Positions 34,501 through 47,295 of a DNA stretch of 64,000 nucleotides are shown here, piece by piece. The position numbers were made by a program, and so were the translations under genes. The stretch is from Chiloscyllium plagiosum. Taxonomy: Eukaryota. Location: positions 5,754,532 to 5,818,531 of the forward strand of contig NC_057757.1 in the NCBI RefSeq assembly GCF_004010195.1, written 5' to 3'. Positions within the stretch are counted from its first letter, which is position 1. The number at the start of each line of letters is the position of its first letter. Under the pieces are notes generated by a model, which was given only the letters and a program-made list of their open reading frames with translations, ran no database searches and was not told where the DNA came from.

Positions 34501-36304
34501 TATTTCCCCATACTCTTGTACCAAAGTGTATCACCGTGTTCTTTTTCCCATTTGAAGTTAATCTGCCACTATCCATCCACTCGTTACTTCAGAAGGGTTT
34601 TCAGGGCTGCCAATCCTTGTACCAGTTTTATTCGAAAGTGTGCCTTCACAGCCGTGAGGAGGCATCTCTTTGCGAGTTCTCTCAGCTTTACGCTACCTGC
34701 TGTTGCTCGATTGGTAGATTCTTGCTTCTGAGTCAGAAGTTTGCAGGTCCAGAGTTTGCACAGAATTCAATGCTGGCTCCCCTAGTTGAGGCGTTAAACC
34801 AAGACCATTTCTCGAAACTGCCTCCCACTCCCAACCTTTTGCTCCACTTCCAAGTTTACATCAGATTAGACTAGATTCCCTACAATGTGATAACAGGCCC
34901 TTCGGCCCAATAAGTCCACACTGACCCTCTGAAGAGTAACCTATCCAGAATTGAGGTGGATATACAAGATCCTGTGACCCTCTTTCGAGGAAGGATTATG
35001 GTCGACGTGGACTGGTTAGACCAAAGGGTCTGTTTCCATGCTGTGTGACTCATATAGCTCTACAAAAGTGGGAGGGTTCTCCCCAGGGCCCGGTCCGTAA
35101 TCTTCACAAAAGAAAACCTAGATGCCATCATTTTTTTTTTCCAGCAATAGGGAGCCAGTGACTTAGTGGTCACTAGTCTACTAATCCAGAACCACAGAGT
35201 GATGTTCTGGGCATGTGGGTTCAAATCCCACCACAGCAGAAGTTGTCATTTGAATTCAGTCTGGAATGAAAGAAACCTTGTCTAATGGCAATCATCCACT
35301 CAGGGTTGGTGGTTGTGAACACCTATTGCGTTCATCACTATGCTTTGAAGGAAGGCAATCGGCCATCCTAACCTGGTCTGGTTCACGTATGATTCCAAAT
35401 CCACAGCAATGTGGACAAATCTTCACCACAAACGCACAGAAAAGTGAAGAGACTCAGCAGTTCTGGCAGCATCTGTGGAGAAGGAAAAACAAAAAAAGAA
35501 ACATTTTGAATCCAGTTTGACGACTTCTGCAGTTTGACTAACTCTGTTTCCCTCCCCACAGATGCTGGCAGACTTGCTGAGTTTCTCCGGCACTCTGTGT
35601 TCATTTCAAATTTTCACCGACTATAGTACTTTGCTGTTTTGAGTGGATGAGTCTTAACTGCCCTCTGGGCAATTTTGGAGGGTAATAAATGCTCGCTTAG
35701 CCAGCAGTGTCCCATGAATGACTTCTTAAAACAATGATAAGATTTCAAAAAGTGTGTTGGAATGTTCTGTGGTTGTAAATAAAATGCTATATTAAGTAAG
35801 GGTTAGTTCTTTGCTCTGATTTTAAAAACCTCTGAGGAAAACAACCCTATAGAAGGAGTTATTTCTGAAGCAAACTTGTAAAAATTTGCCCTGGAGGCAA
35901 ACTCATTCTCTATAGTGGAGCTCGCTCCTTCCTCAAAGCCTGAAACTCCTCACTGGAGCAATTTCAATTTAATGGAAAAACCTCGCTGAAAGCTTTGGTA
36001 CAACAGTGATTGTGTCATGGGCGAAAAGGTTGCTTGCTTTTTATTTGGGCTTTTTATTTTTTTAAAAAAAATCCTTTGCTTTATATAGTGCTTTTCATAT
36101 CCCCAGTACATTTTGAAGTGTGATACAACTGATGAATTCATTTCAGAAGCAATCTGTTGTGCATCAATGATTTTCATTACTCTGCTGTTAGAAGCTTAAC
36201 GCAGAGCTTTGGAATTCCTTCCCTTCACCCCTCAGCCTCTCCTCCTCATCCTGTTCCTCCACTGAATCTATCTCTTTGACCAATCTTTTGTTGCCTGTTC
36301 TATC

Positions 36305-36629
36305 ATAAAATCCCTACAGTGTGGAAACAGGCCCTTTGGCCCAACGAGTCAACACCGACCCTCCAAAGAGTAACCCATCCAGACCCATTCTCTATTATCC
36401 TACATTTATCCCTGGCTAGTGCACCTAACCTCCACATCCCTGAACACTATGGGCAATGCAGCATGCCCAATTCACCTGACTTGCATACCTTTGGATTGTG
36501 GGAGGAAACCCACGCAGACACTGGGAGAATGTGCAAACTCTACGCAAACAGTCGACTGAGGCTGGAATCCAACCCGGGTCCCTGGCGCTGTGAGGCAGCA
36601 GTGTTAGCCACTGAGCCACCGTGCTGCCC
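36305..36629 (-). mobile_element. V-SINE (HE1-like), full length
   Basis: Minus-strand head gggcagcacggtggctcagtggctaacac, V-domain and tail. Confidence 0.9.
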
Positions 36630-37794
36630 CTAGCATCATCAAGTTATTTGTAACGTTCCTGTGAGGCAGCTTACTGTGTTGACGAGTCTACACAGATGCT
36701 AGTTGTTGAATGTGAGCAGTCGTGGCATCTAATTATTAAACCTGGGGCGTCTCTCAAACAGCACGGAGGAAAATCATAGTTAATCTGTTGGTAGTGGAGT
36801 TGGAAGAGGGAGTTCCTGATTTTGGAGGATTAGAAACGCCAAGTAGAGACTGACAAGATGAAGTAAAGGAATGAAGACTTATGGTGAGTGGGTGAGTAAG
36901 TGGAGCTGAGTCCACGAAGAGGTCAGCCATGATTTTATTGAATGGCAGAGCTTGCTCAATGGACCAGGTGGTCTACTCCTGCTCCTGTTTCTTAAGTTCG
37001 GATGGACTCTCCCTCAGTCATGCATCCCCCAAGCTGTTGATCCCAAAGGGAATACAGACTAAGATAAGAGTGTAGGTGGGAGGGAAGTCCCATTCTACCT
37101 ACCACACCATGCTCCGTGTTGGCCCCTGATCAAACCACATCTTTTGTTTTCTAAGATTCTCCTCCTTGTTTTCAAATCTCTCCCTGACTTTTGTGCTGTC
37201 CAGCTCTGTGATCTCTTCCCACCATGCAATCTCCCAAAATATCGACATTCCTCTAATTTGGGCACCTTGTTTCAACCCCCATCATAATTGATGGCTGTGA
37301 TTCAGTTCAGTTGCTTGGGCCCAAGCTATGGAATTCCATTTCTATACTATCCCTCTACCTCACTTGCTTACTTCTTAAGATGCTGTTCAACACAGACTTC
37401 TTCGACCAAGCTTTTGGTCAGTCTGGATGTTGTAACTTCCTCATGAACTACTTTCAGTAGTGCTTTACCAATGTAGATAGCCCTTGGTTAGATATGTGGC
37501 ACAAAGGTGAGAGAGGTTCCAAGATGGCATGTGTGCTTTTCTGGATCGATGGGATTTTGGAAAGTGATGTTCCTTGTGAATGGGCATCGGAGAGGTTTCA
37601 GTCAGCTGTGTGTCAGTGGGAAGCTTGTGAATTATTATTCCCCCGCCCCCAGCGAGTGGACCATGAGCTGGAGATCATGGATTTAAAATTGGCAAAAAGA
37701 ATTAGCGGGCCAGGAGAAACCTTTATGGTCAGATATCTGTGAAGCATAATCTGAGGGATGGGACCTGTGATAAATTTTTAAAGGGCGGAGAGAG

Positions 37795-38057
37795 GCAACA
37801 CTCTGGCACAGTGGTTAGCACTGCTGCCTCACAGCGTCCCGGTCCCAGGTGCTATTCCACCCCCCGCGTGACTGTCTGTCTGTCGAGTTTGCACATTGCA
37901 TGGGTTCTCTCCGGGTGCTCCGCTTTCCTCCCACAGTCCAAAGATGTGCAGGTTAGGGTGGATTGGCCGTGCTAAATTGCCCCAATAATCCAGGGTGGTG
38001 GGATGCTGTTTGGAGTGTCAGTGCAGACCCAATGGGCTGAATAACCTCTTCCTGCAC
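37795..38057 (+). mobile_element. V-SINE (HE1-like)
   Basis: tggcacagtggttagcactgctgcctcacagc head and V-domain. Confidence 0.82.
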
Positions 38058-38059
38058 TA

Positions 38060-38302
38060 CAGTAGAACCTCGATTACTCAAACGAGACAGTCGGGGAGTA
38101 TTTTCTTTAGATAATTGATTGTCTGGATCACTGATCTGATCATAAACGAGCGGTATGTGCCGGTTATCCGACCATTTCCTGATTACTTGGCAGTGCATGC
38201 CATGATGCTGTTTAACTGGTAACTGAATGCTGGGTTGCCTAATGCTGTTTTTGCAGGATCTTGATCGGATAATCTGAAGTTTGGATAATCGAGGTTGTAC
38301 TG
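38060..38302. mobile_element. Non-autonomous pogo/Tigger-type (Tc1-mariner superfamily) MITE
   Basis: TIRs CAGTAGAACCTCGATTA / TAATCGAGGTTGTACTG (16 of 17 match), flanked by TA at 38058-38059 and 38303-38304. Confidence 0.85.
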
Positions 38303-39149
38303 TATAGGGTTTCTATGACTGGAAAGGTCAGAGTGTTTGGAAGGGTATTTGTGGATGAGAAACTTGTAACGTTACAAATGTAGGGAGAGTGATGTGAAAT
38401 ACAGCATAACTGTGCCTGCATTTTATTTTTAAGGAAGCAATATTGTGTGTTTGATTCCTATGATTCAAACGCTGGGTTGTCGGTAACTGTGAAACAGATT
38501 TTAATTTCTCCTTTTGTTTTGTGTGGGCTCGGATTTAAGATTGCTCATTCCACTCCTCGATTTGGATGCCTCGATGGCTTTGAGTAGACGGTTTCCATGG
38601 TAGACACTCCAGGGGCGCTTTGTGGTTATGCGGGAGAGAGATGGAACACATGGAGGAATTCGATGCGTGGGCTGAACAAAAACTGGCTCAGCAGTCACTG
38701 GGAAAAATTTGCACTGAATTTTGCTTTTGAGAGCAGAAGTGCTGCGTCTCAGTATTCAGATATGCGATGACTGACTGACTGACTCTCTTTTGGTTGGATA
38801 ATTCTTGAATTGGATCAGTTGGACCAGTATTCACTAGAAGGATCTGCTTGAAGTATATAAAATGTCAACAGGGCTCGACGGACTAGATGCAGGAGGATGT
38901 TCCCCTTGGTTTTGGTGGTGGTGGTGGGGGGGAGAGAAAGCTGGAATGTGATAGATGATGAGGTATCATTGTATTTAATGGTAGTAAGGGCTCGAAGGGG
39001 CAGAATGGCCTGCCTACCTTTCCTGTCTTGTGTCCTATGTTCTTCCTTTTGGATGTGGGTGGCAGCATTCCTGACCCATTGCCCCTAAAATTGAGTGGCT
39101 TGCAGGGCCGTGTTAGAAGGCAGTTAAGAATCAACCACGTTGCTGGGTA

Positions 39150-39410
39150 ATCATAGAAACATAAAATCCCTACACCGTGGAAGCAGACAATTTGACCCCT
39201 CGAGTCCACGCAGACCCTCAGCCCTAACCCAACCCCCTATTCTATTCTTCCATTTCCTGTAGCTAAGCCACTTAACCTGCAGCACATCTTTGGACTGTGG
39301 GAGGAAACCGGAGCACTGGGAGAATGTGAACACTGCAGGCAGACAGTTGCCCGAGGCTGGAATTGAACCTGGGGCCCTGGCAGCAGTGCTAACCACTGAG
39401 CCACCGTGCC
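39150..39410 (-). mobile_element. V-SINE (HE1-like)
   Basis: Reverse-complement head gcacggtggctcagtggttagc and V-domain. Confidence 0.85.
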
Positions 39411-39926
39411 AATCACCCAGAGGTCACACTTAAGCCAGACTGAGTATGGATGGTGCTTTTCCATCCCTAAAGGACGTTGAACCAGATTTTTTTAAAAATT
39501 TAAAACAATTGCCAATAGTTTCATGATCACCATAACTGAGATGAGCTTTCAATTCCAGATTTTTATAGAGTTCAAATTTGATCATGTTACTGCGGGATTT
39601 CTTCAGGGACAAATATTGGTCAGAACATGAGGGATAGCCCCGTTAAAATCATAGTGACGGAAGAGCACAGAAACAGTGCCCTGGAAACTGCAGTGGATAG
39701 CACCCCAAATGGCGAAGACTCCCTCAACCTGTGAAGTGTTTTGGTGGTGGCAAAAGGCGGTATAGAAATGCACATTTGCTTTTAAAGACCCTTCAATTTT
39801 TCTTCGTGTGTTAAACCTGACTGCATTTGAACACAGCCTCAGTGGTTGAGCAATTCTCGCACACTCTCAACGTACTGGACATAATTCCATTTCCATCTCC
39901 TGTCCCAAAATGCCAATCCTGCAGTT

Positions 39927-39930
<4 letters not shown>

Positions 39931-39964
<34 letters not shown>
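39931..39964. repeat. (GT)17 microsatellite
   Basis: Perfect dinucleotide run. Confidence 0.95.
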
Positions 39965-39965
<1 letters not shown>

Positions 39966-41664
39966 GGTGGGGGGTGAGGCATGATTGACTTTGAGGAATG
40001 AATGCACTCCTGGGCTTTGTAGTGAATGGTTGCTAACAGGCCTGACTTAGTTCAGTGCTCCAGCTGCTGCTAATTGTAGTCCGAGTGACAGGAATGCTAC
40101 AATTAGTGTCAGCACCCTAGGGTCGAGAGCCAGCGTTGACACTCCCGATTGCCATTCTGGGATGAGTGTGTATACGTGGGGGAGAAAGGAGGGTGTCAAG
40201 CCAAGCTCGATGTGAACAGATTTCGCCGTGAGCAATGGCTTTGATATTCAAGGTCTGCAATAGCCCTATGGGGTGGGGGGGTGGCACCAAGAGCAAGTTT
40301 TTTTGAAAGACAAAAAAAAATTGCATCGATTTCACGAAGAAGACTTTCTTTTTGTGCTTCACCCTGTTCGAGTGTTTACAGATGTGGTGTGATCGGCCTG
40401 TGTGCTCAGGAGATGCTCGCCAGTTTGATAAATGGTAGGGCAGTTACCTGTGCACACCATGATATGTCAGTTAGTAGTTAAGGAGCCACTTCTGACTGAC
40501 CCTACGCTGCTTCAAATGCGGTGTCGTTCCAGAGTGTCCGCTCTCCCACTCCCGAAAAGCCTGAGTCGCTGTACACGTTTGAACCTTGCCATAGGAGCTG
40601 CTGGGATTTGAATCCAAGTTGTGAAACTGCCAGTTTGAACCCAGATGGGCTTTTCCAACAGTGATGTCATTCAGGGAAGAAATCTGCCATCCTTACCCCA
40701 GCCTGGCCTACACATGACTGTGGGCCCACAGCAGTATGATTGTCTCTCTGAAATTAGCTAAGTAAGCCACTTATGTTAAGTAGTTTAGTTCACTCTAACT
40801 TATTCAGTGGCATTGTCAGTGGTCCCAAACTCATGAACGAGTTTAAGTGGTCAAGTATTTGGAGTGAACCACTAATTCCCCCCGATTCATTCATTCCTTC
40901 AATACTTGTTAATTCATTCAAGATGTTTGATCATTAAGCGTATCTAGCAGTATTGGAGGGAGATAGGAGGTGGAGTGAAGGGCACAGTCAGATCAATCAT
41001 GATCTTATTGAAGGTCCTGCTCCATCTCCTTGCACCTGAGTTCCTGTGTCTGTTATGTGTGGGATGGAGTCAAAGTCTCTCTCTGTTGACCTGTATGTTC
41101 CCTGCATTCTCTCAGTCGTTTACACCTCCTCTTGCTGTTCTTGTACAACACTCTCTTAAGACGCAAAAGTTCCGGGGGTCAAAATAGAGACGACCTCTAT
41201 GAATGACCTGCCCCACCGAATTCAATTTGTCACTTTCTTTCTGTGTGTATTGTTTGTATTTCCTGCTGACGGTATATTGTACAGTGCTTGAGAGGTTGCT
41301 TACAGCAGGTTGGGTTGACACCTTGGTCAATTTTAACTGTGTGTAACTTGGGCATTTCCAGTGCTACCAGTTTCAGATGGCAAAGTGTCAGTGTAAGAAT
41401 GTATAAGCATCTTATGAACAATTGAAGGATGCTTTGGTGCTTCAAGTATTGTATTGGGCCTGGTTTTAAGGAATAATGTATTTTAAAAAGAAAATCTGGT
41501 GTGGTAAAACTGAAGATGGGAAGCCTATTGAGAGACTGGCACATGGCCTCCTAGTTACATGGAAAAGCAGGCACATTACTTGAACCAGGGTAGTTGGAAT
41601 TTCCCAGTTTTTGGTCTAACTGAGTCTGATTTTGATTTTTTTTTTAAAAAATTACTGTAGATGT

Positions 41665-42350
41665 TCATAGAATCGCTCCAGTGTGAAAACAGGCCATTCG
41701 GCCCATTGAGTCCCCACTGACCCTCCAAAGAGTATTCCAACCAGACCCGGCCCCATTCTGTCCCCGTAACCCTACATTTCACACTGCTGACCCAGCTAGC
41801 CTGCACGTCCATGGACGCTATGGGGCGATTTAGCACGGCGAATCCACCCTAACCTGCGCATCCCTGAGCGCTATGGGTAATTTAGCACGGCCAATCCACC
41901 CTAACCTGCACATCCCTGGACACTATGGGTAATTTAGCACGGCCAATCCACCCTAACCTGCACATCCCTGGGTGCTATGGGTAATTTAGCACTACCAATC
42001 CACCCTCACCTGCACATCCCTGGGTGCAATGGGTAATTTAGCACTGCCAATCCACCCTCACCTGCGCATCCCTGGGTGCTATGGGTAATTTAGCCCTCAC
42101 CTGCGCATCCCTGGGTGCTATGGGTAATTTAGCACTACCAATCCACCCTAACCTGCACATCCCTGGGTGCTATGGGTAATTTAGCACTGCCAATCCACCC
42201 TAACCTACACACCTTTGGACCGTGGGAGGAAACTGGAGCAGCTGACGAAAACCCAGACAGACATTGGGAGAATGAGCAAACTCCACACGCTGTCACCCAA
42301 GGGTGGGATCAAACTTGGGTCCCTGTCAGGCAGTGGTGCCAGCCTCTGTC
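41665..42350 (-). mobile_element. V-SINE with internal 52-bp tandem expansion (about 41799-42210, about 8 units, one shortened to 39 bp)
   Basis: Units cctgcacatccctgggtgctatgggtaatttagcac..ccaatccaccct lie between the SINE tail and the V-domain. Confidence 0.9.
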
Positions 42351-42679
42351 TTGCCCTATGTTGGTACCTGAGTTGATCTACTGAAGCACCAAACTCCTGT
42401 TGGGGGGATGGGGATATATTGAACCGCTGATGTGATGGGTGTGGGTGGTAGCTGATTTTAAAATTCCATCAGCATCCAACAAACAGTGGGTATGTTAAAT
42501 TCCTACACAGCTTTGCAGCCCAGCTCCTGTCGCCCGGTTTCGAACATCTGAATGAGGAAACCTTGAACCTGATATGCATTGTGGGGTGCGATATCATTGC
42601 AGCTGAAGGAGGGTGTGGGTAGATTGCAGGGGATTTGATCTGTAGAGATTTCCTCCTCGACCTGCTGGGATGTTATTAT

Positions 42680-42800
42680 GGAGAAACCCCAGTTATCCAA
42701 ACAAGATCGCAAGGTCCTGATGCGTGGCTAAACTGTTACCTGACATTCGATTATCCAAATGAAATAGTCCCCGTGTTTTTCTGATAATCGAAGTTCCTCT
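42680..42800. mobile_element. Degraded MITE related to 38060-38302
   Basis: Ends gataatcgaagttcctctgt; internal cgattatcc. Left TIR is degenerate. Confidence 0.5.
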
Positions 42801-43567
42801 GTCCATATCTTTTGGGGGAGGTGGGTCTTGAATGCAGGCCCCCTGGTTCAGAAGGAGGGACACTGCCACTAAAGCAGTTTTCTTTTTTGAAGGATGCATG
42901 GGGTCAGGAAAATGAGGTTATCTTGAATGTTGGGTTTACCTGTTCACTGGTGGTTTGTTATTATGTGGCTGTTGCCTTTTTTTGAGTAGGAATTGTTGCT
43001 GGGTGTGCATTGTCGAGGTTGGTTGAACTTTTTAAACAGCTGAGACCTCTGCACTGGCTATGCAACCTGCCGAAAGTTGGTTAACCGAGCACATGGAGGG
43101 GCCCTTTGATTGGCGTTAAGATGTTCTTGATAATAGTGTGATCTTTCCTTCAGCTCTCCTTGTCTTGTATTCAATTATTTGTGCAGCAAGAGGATGTGTG
43201 ATGCAAGGTCCTGGCCCATCCTGGGATGTGCTTTCCTGTTGATTGTTTCTGGTCCTGAGCCAGTTTGGCTGCAGAAGCTTAGTCTGAGCCTGGGGAATCG
43301 GATGCAGACATCTTGGATATATTATTAATGGCAGCGTGAAACTCAGCGGTAAAAATTCTGGGTCACTAATTTAAGCGGGGGAAGAAATAATCGATCCTTT
43401 GGGCCCATTTGCTGAAAACATGCTTCCTTTCTTCCACCACTGATAGGTGGGGCTTTCATGTGGGTTTTAATGCCTTTCCATCTACTGAGAACTTCAGACT
43501 GTTATGATTTAGCTTTTCTGGCCGGGCTAGAGGATTTGTCTGACTGGAGTTTACTGCGATTGCTGCA

Positions 43568-43880
43568 TAGAATCCCTATAATGTGCAATCAAGCCATTCA
43601 GCCCATCGAGTCCATAGTGACCCTTCAAGATCTTTCCACCCAGGGCCCTATCCTATCCCCTGTAACCCTGCATTTCCAGGGTTAATCCACCTAACCTACA
43701 TATCCCTGGGCACTATGGGGCGATTTAGCATGGCCAGTCCACCTAACCTGCTCATTTTTGGACTATGGGAGGAGCACTCAGAGGAAACCTATGCAGAAAC
43801 GTGAATATGTCAACTCCACACAGGGTGGAGGGTGGAATCAAGCCTGGTTAGCAGTGCTAACCAGTGAGCCACCGTGCTCT
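43568..43880 (-). mobile_element. V-SINE (HE1-like), diverged
   Basis: cagtgctaaccagtgagccaccgtgc (reverse-complement head) plus body. Confidence 0.8.
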
Positions 43881-46679
43881 CCCTTTGCTCAAAGGGAAAT
43901 CACTTACAACGAATTTATTGTTCTGTTGAAGAAGTAACTTGTGCTGTGGATAAAGGGGCAAAGTGGATGAATGCAGTTGAGGTTAAAATCAGATCATTGC
44001 CATGCACCAACGCACACCCATCTCAAGTCTGAGTGGGATTAAGTGGGTGAGAGCACTTCATAGTGAATGGCCAGCCCTCCGTTTTCAGTGAGGTGGACAA
44101 TGGTGCTGAGGTGAAGGGTATTCGAGTTGGAGTTCCCCATCCCTGTGCTTGATGCTGACTACCAAACTAAGCTCAATCCTTGCTGTTCCTCCTCTTGCTG
44201 CATCAGTGCAATCCTGCCTTGCGCCAGCCCAGTTGCAGTCCTCCCAGTGCAGCACTGGGAGTCAAATTCCAGGCTTTCAACTTGCCCACCCTGCCTCCTC
44301 CCCAAACAAAAAGTACAAAGACTTGTTTCTTTTTATTTGCCCATGGGACGTAGCTGTTGCCAGCAAGGCCAGCGTTTGTTGCCCCGTCCACAATTGCCCT
44401 TGAGCTGAGTGGCTTGACAGACCACTGCAATGAAGAGTCGATTGCATTGCTGTGGGTCTGGAGTTAGGTGTAGGCCAAATCAGATAAGGACGACAGACTT
44501 CCTTCTCTAAATGGCGATGGTAAACCAGTTGGGTTGTTACGTCATTGCTGATAATTATCATGGTCACCTTTTTCTAGATGATGGCTTGCATTCTGAGACT
44601 TTTGTTTTTGTCTTTTAAATTCCACCAGCTGCTGTGGTTGGATTTGAACCTGTGACTCACGCTTTGCGCCTCTGGGTCAGTCATCCAGTGAGCGAACCCG
44701 CTATCTCCTTTCCCCTCCCCACGATATCTCCTCAATGCTGCACTGAGGCGTGGCATGGATGCTCTGTGTAGTGGGGCTTGAGCCCACAACTTTGAGTTGA
44801 GGTGAGTGTGCTACCCACTGAGGCAGAATTGCCATCAAGCCAGATCCCGGGAGGGTGTTAGGAGAGTTGGGGTCTGGCCATCCATTCTGCTGACTCCAAC
44901 TCTAACGGCTAAATGGAGCCCATTTGTTCTGTCATGCCTGTGATGTCTATGTTTAATTATAAAAAGCTATCCCAGATCTGTATAGTGTAAACAGTGACCC
45001 ACCTCCCTCACTCTTCACTCAACCTCCTCTGACCCAATTTACTTGGAACAAGCTGTTGTCTTTTTTTGCCATCTGAAGGTAACTGCAGATGCCATGGCAA
45101 TTGTCCAAATCCATACTGCCATGCCATTTTAAAAAAAAAAGCCACTGGATCTGAGAGCTTGGATGTGTGGGGTGTCCTGGCTAGAGCAGGATGTGTTTTT
45201 CAAAATTGTCGAGTCTTTCCTTTTGAAATATGCTCAAGCCAGTCTCCAGAGTCCAACACAATTGGAGATAAGTTACCATGGAAACTGACGTGTGTCTGGT
45301 ACATTTAACCCACAGCATTTCCCTCGTTTTTTTTTTATGCTCTGCCTCTGTTGCAGTGCTGATAATGTGTAGCTAGTGTGGGATATGTGATAATTATTTT
45401 CTTTTCTCCTCTCTCTTCTCTTCTCCCACCCCACCCCACCCCCTCCTCTCTCTCCCCATCTCTCTCTCTCTCCCCTGTCTCCCCCTCTCTCTCCCCGTCT
45501 CTCTCTCTCTCTCCCTGTCTCCCCCTCTCTCTCGGTNNNNNNNNNNNNNNNNNNNNNNNNNNNNNNNNNNNNNNNNNNNNNNNNNNNNNNNNNNNNNNNN
45601 NNNNNNNNNNNNNNNNNNNNNNNNNNNNNNNNNNNNNNNNNNNNNNNNNNNNNNNNNNNNNNNNNNNNNNNNNNNNNNNNNNNNNNNNNNNNNNNNNNNN
45701 NNNNNNNNNNNNNNNNNNNNNNNNNNNNNNNNNNNNNNNNNNNNNNNNNNNNNNNNNNNNNNNNNNNNNNNNNNNNNNNNNNNNNNNNNNNNNNNNNNNN
45801 NNNNNNNNNNNNNNNNNNNNNNNNNNNNNNNNNNNNNNNNNNNNNNNNNNNNNNNNNNNNNNNNNNNNNNNNNNNNNNNNNNNNNNNNNNNNNNNNNNNN
45901 NNNNNNNNNNNNNNNNNNNNNNNNNNNNNNNNNNNNNNNNNNNNNNNNNNNNNNNNNNNNNNNNNNNNNNNNNNNNNNNNNNNNNNNNNNNNNNNNNNNN
46001 NNNNNNNNNNNNNNNNNNNNNNNNNNNNNNNNNNNNNNNNNNNNNNNNNNNNNNNTCTCCCTCCCCCTTCCCCCTTCCCCCATCCTCCTGTCTTTTTGCT
46101 CTCACCACAACCCCCTCCCCGTTTCATTTCTGAATGAGCTGATACACTGTCCGACAGAGACGAGTCTAAGGTGGTTGGGCAGGCTGCTTGTCTGGAAAGA
46201 GCACCCCAGTTCATACCCATCTTCTGGCAGATTCTGATCAATCAAAAGTAGGAGCACCTGGCTGATTGCTGCCATTCCATCCTGGCCCCCCTGTTCACCT
46301 TTGTTTATTTCCTTGTTAAACCATGGGCTGGTCCTTTTTTTTTATCCTGGGCAGCCCCTCGAGACTGAGTGGCTTTCTTTTCAGTCTGGGGCTGTAGGTC
46401 TGTGAGCTGACTAAGGCAGCTCCATTAGTTTGCATGAGAGCCCAGCATTTGAGTTACGTTCCAGCTTTGTCCATTTATCTGCTGTCCTTAACCCTCTTGA
46501 TCCTTCAGTGGCAGTTGAGTGCTTTGAGACCTTACGTGGCCATCCAAGGTGCCATATAAATGCAAGACTTTCCTTTTCCTTTCTCGTTGACTAGAATCTG
46601 GGAGTCTGTATTTTGTTGAATATGAAGTTGTCTGGTCTGTCTTACTGTATTGCACCCTGCATTAGTTTTGAAGTTCATT

Positions 46680-47295
46680 CACGTACCACCCTCTATGTGA
46701 CAAGGTTGCCCGTTAGGTCTTGTATCTCTTGTATCTTTCCCCTCTCATCCCTCTAGTTCTGGACATTTGCACACCAGAGAAAAGTCCTTGTCTGTTTACC
46801 CTAACCACACCCTCATGACTTTGGAAACCTCTTATAAGGTCAACCCTCAGCCTCCGATGTTCCAGGGAAAATAGCCCCAGTCCCTCCCGCCTCTCCTTAA
46901 AGCTCAAATTCTCCAACCCTGGCAACATCCTTGTAAATCTTTCCTGAACCCTTTCAAGTTTCACAGACCAGAATTGCACGCAATATTCCAAAAGTGGCTT
47001 AACCAATGTTTTGTATAGGTGCAACATGACCTCCCAACTCCTGTACTCAATATTCTGACTAATAAAGGAAAGCATACCAAACACCACCTTCACTATCCTA
47101 TCCACCTGTGACTTTACTTTTAAAATACTATGAACCTGTACTCCAAGGTCTCTTTTTGTTCAGCAACATTCCCTAGGACCTCACCATTAAGTGTATAAGT
47201 CCTGCTAAGATTTGCTTTCCCAAAATGTAGCACCTCACATTTAGCTAAATTAAATTCCATCTGTCACTCCTCAGCCCCATTGGCCCATCTGATCA
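46680..47295 (-). mobile_element. CR1 LINE ORF2 C-terminal fragment
   Basis: ORF 46713-47105: LLEYCVQFWS..LERVQERFTRMLPGL. Confidence 0.9.
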
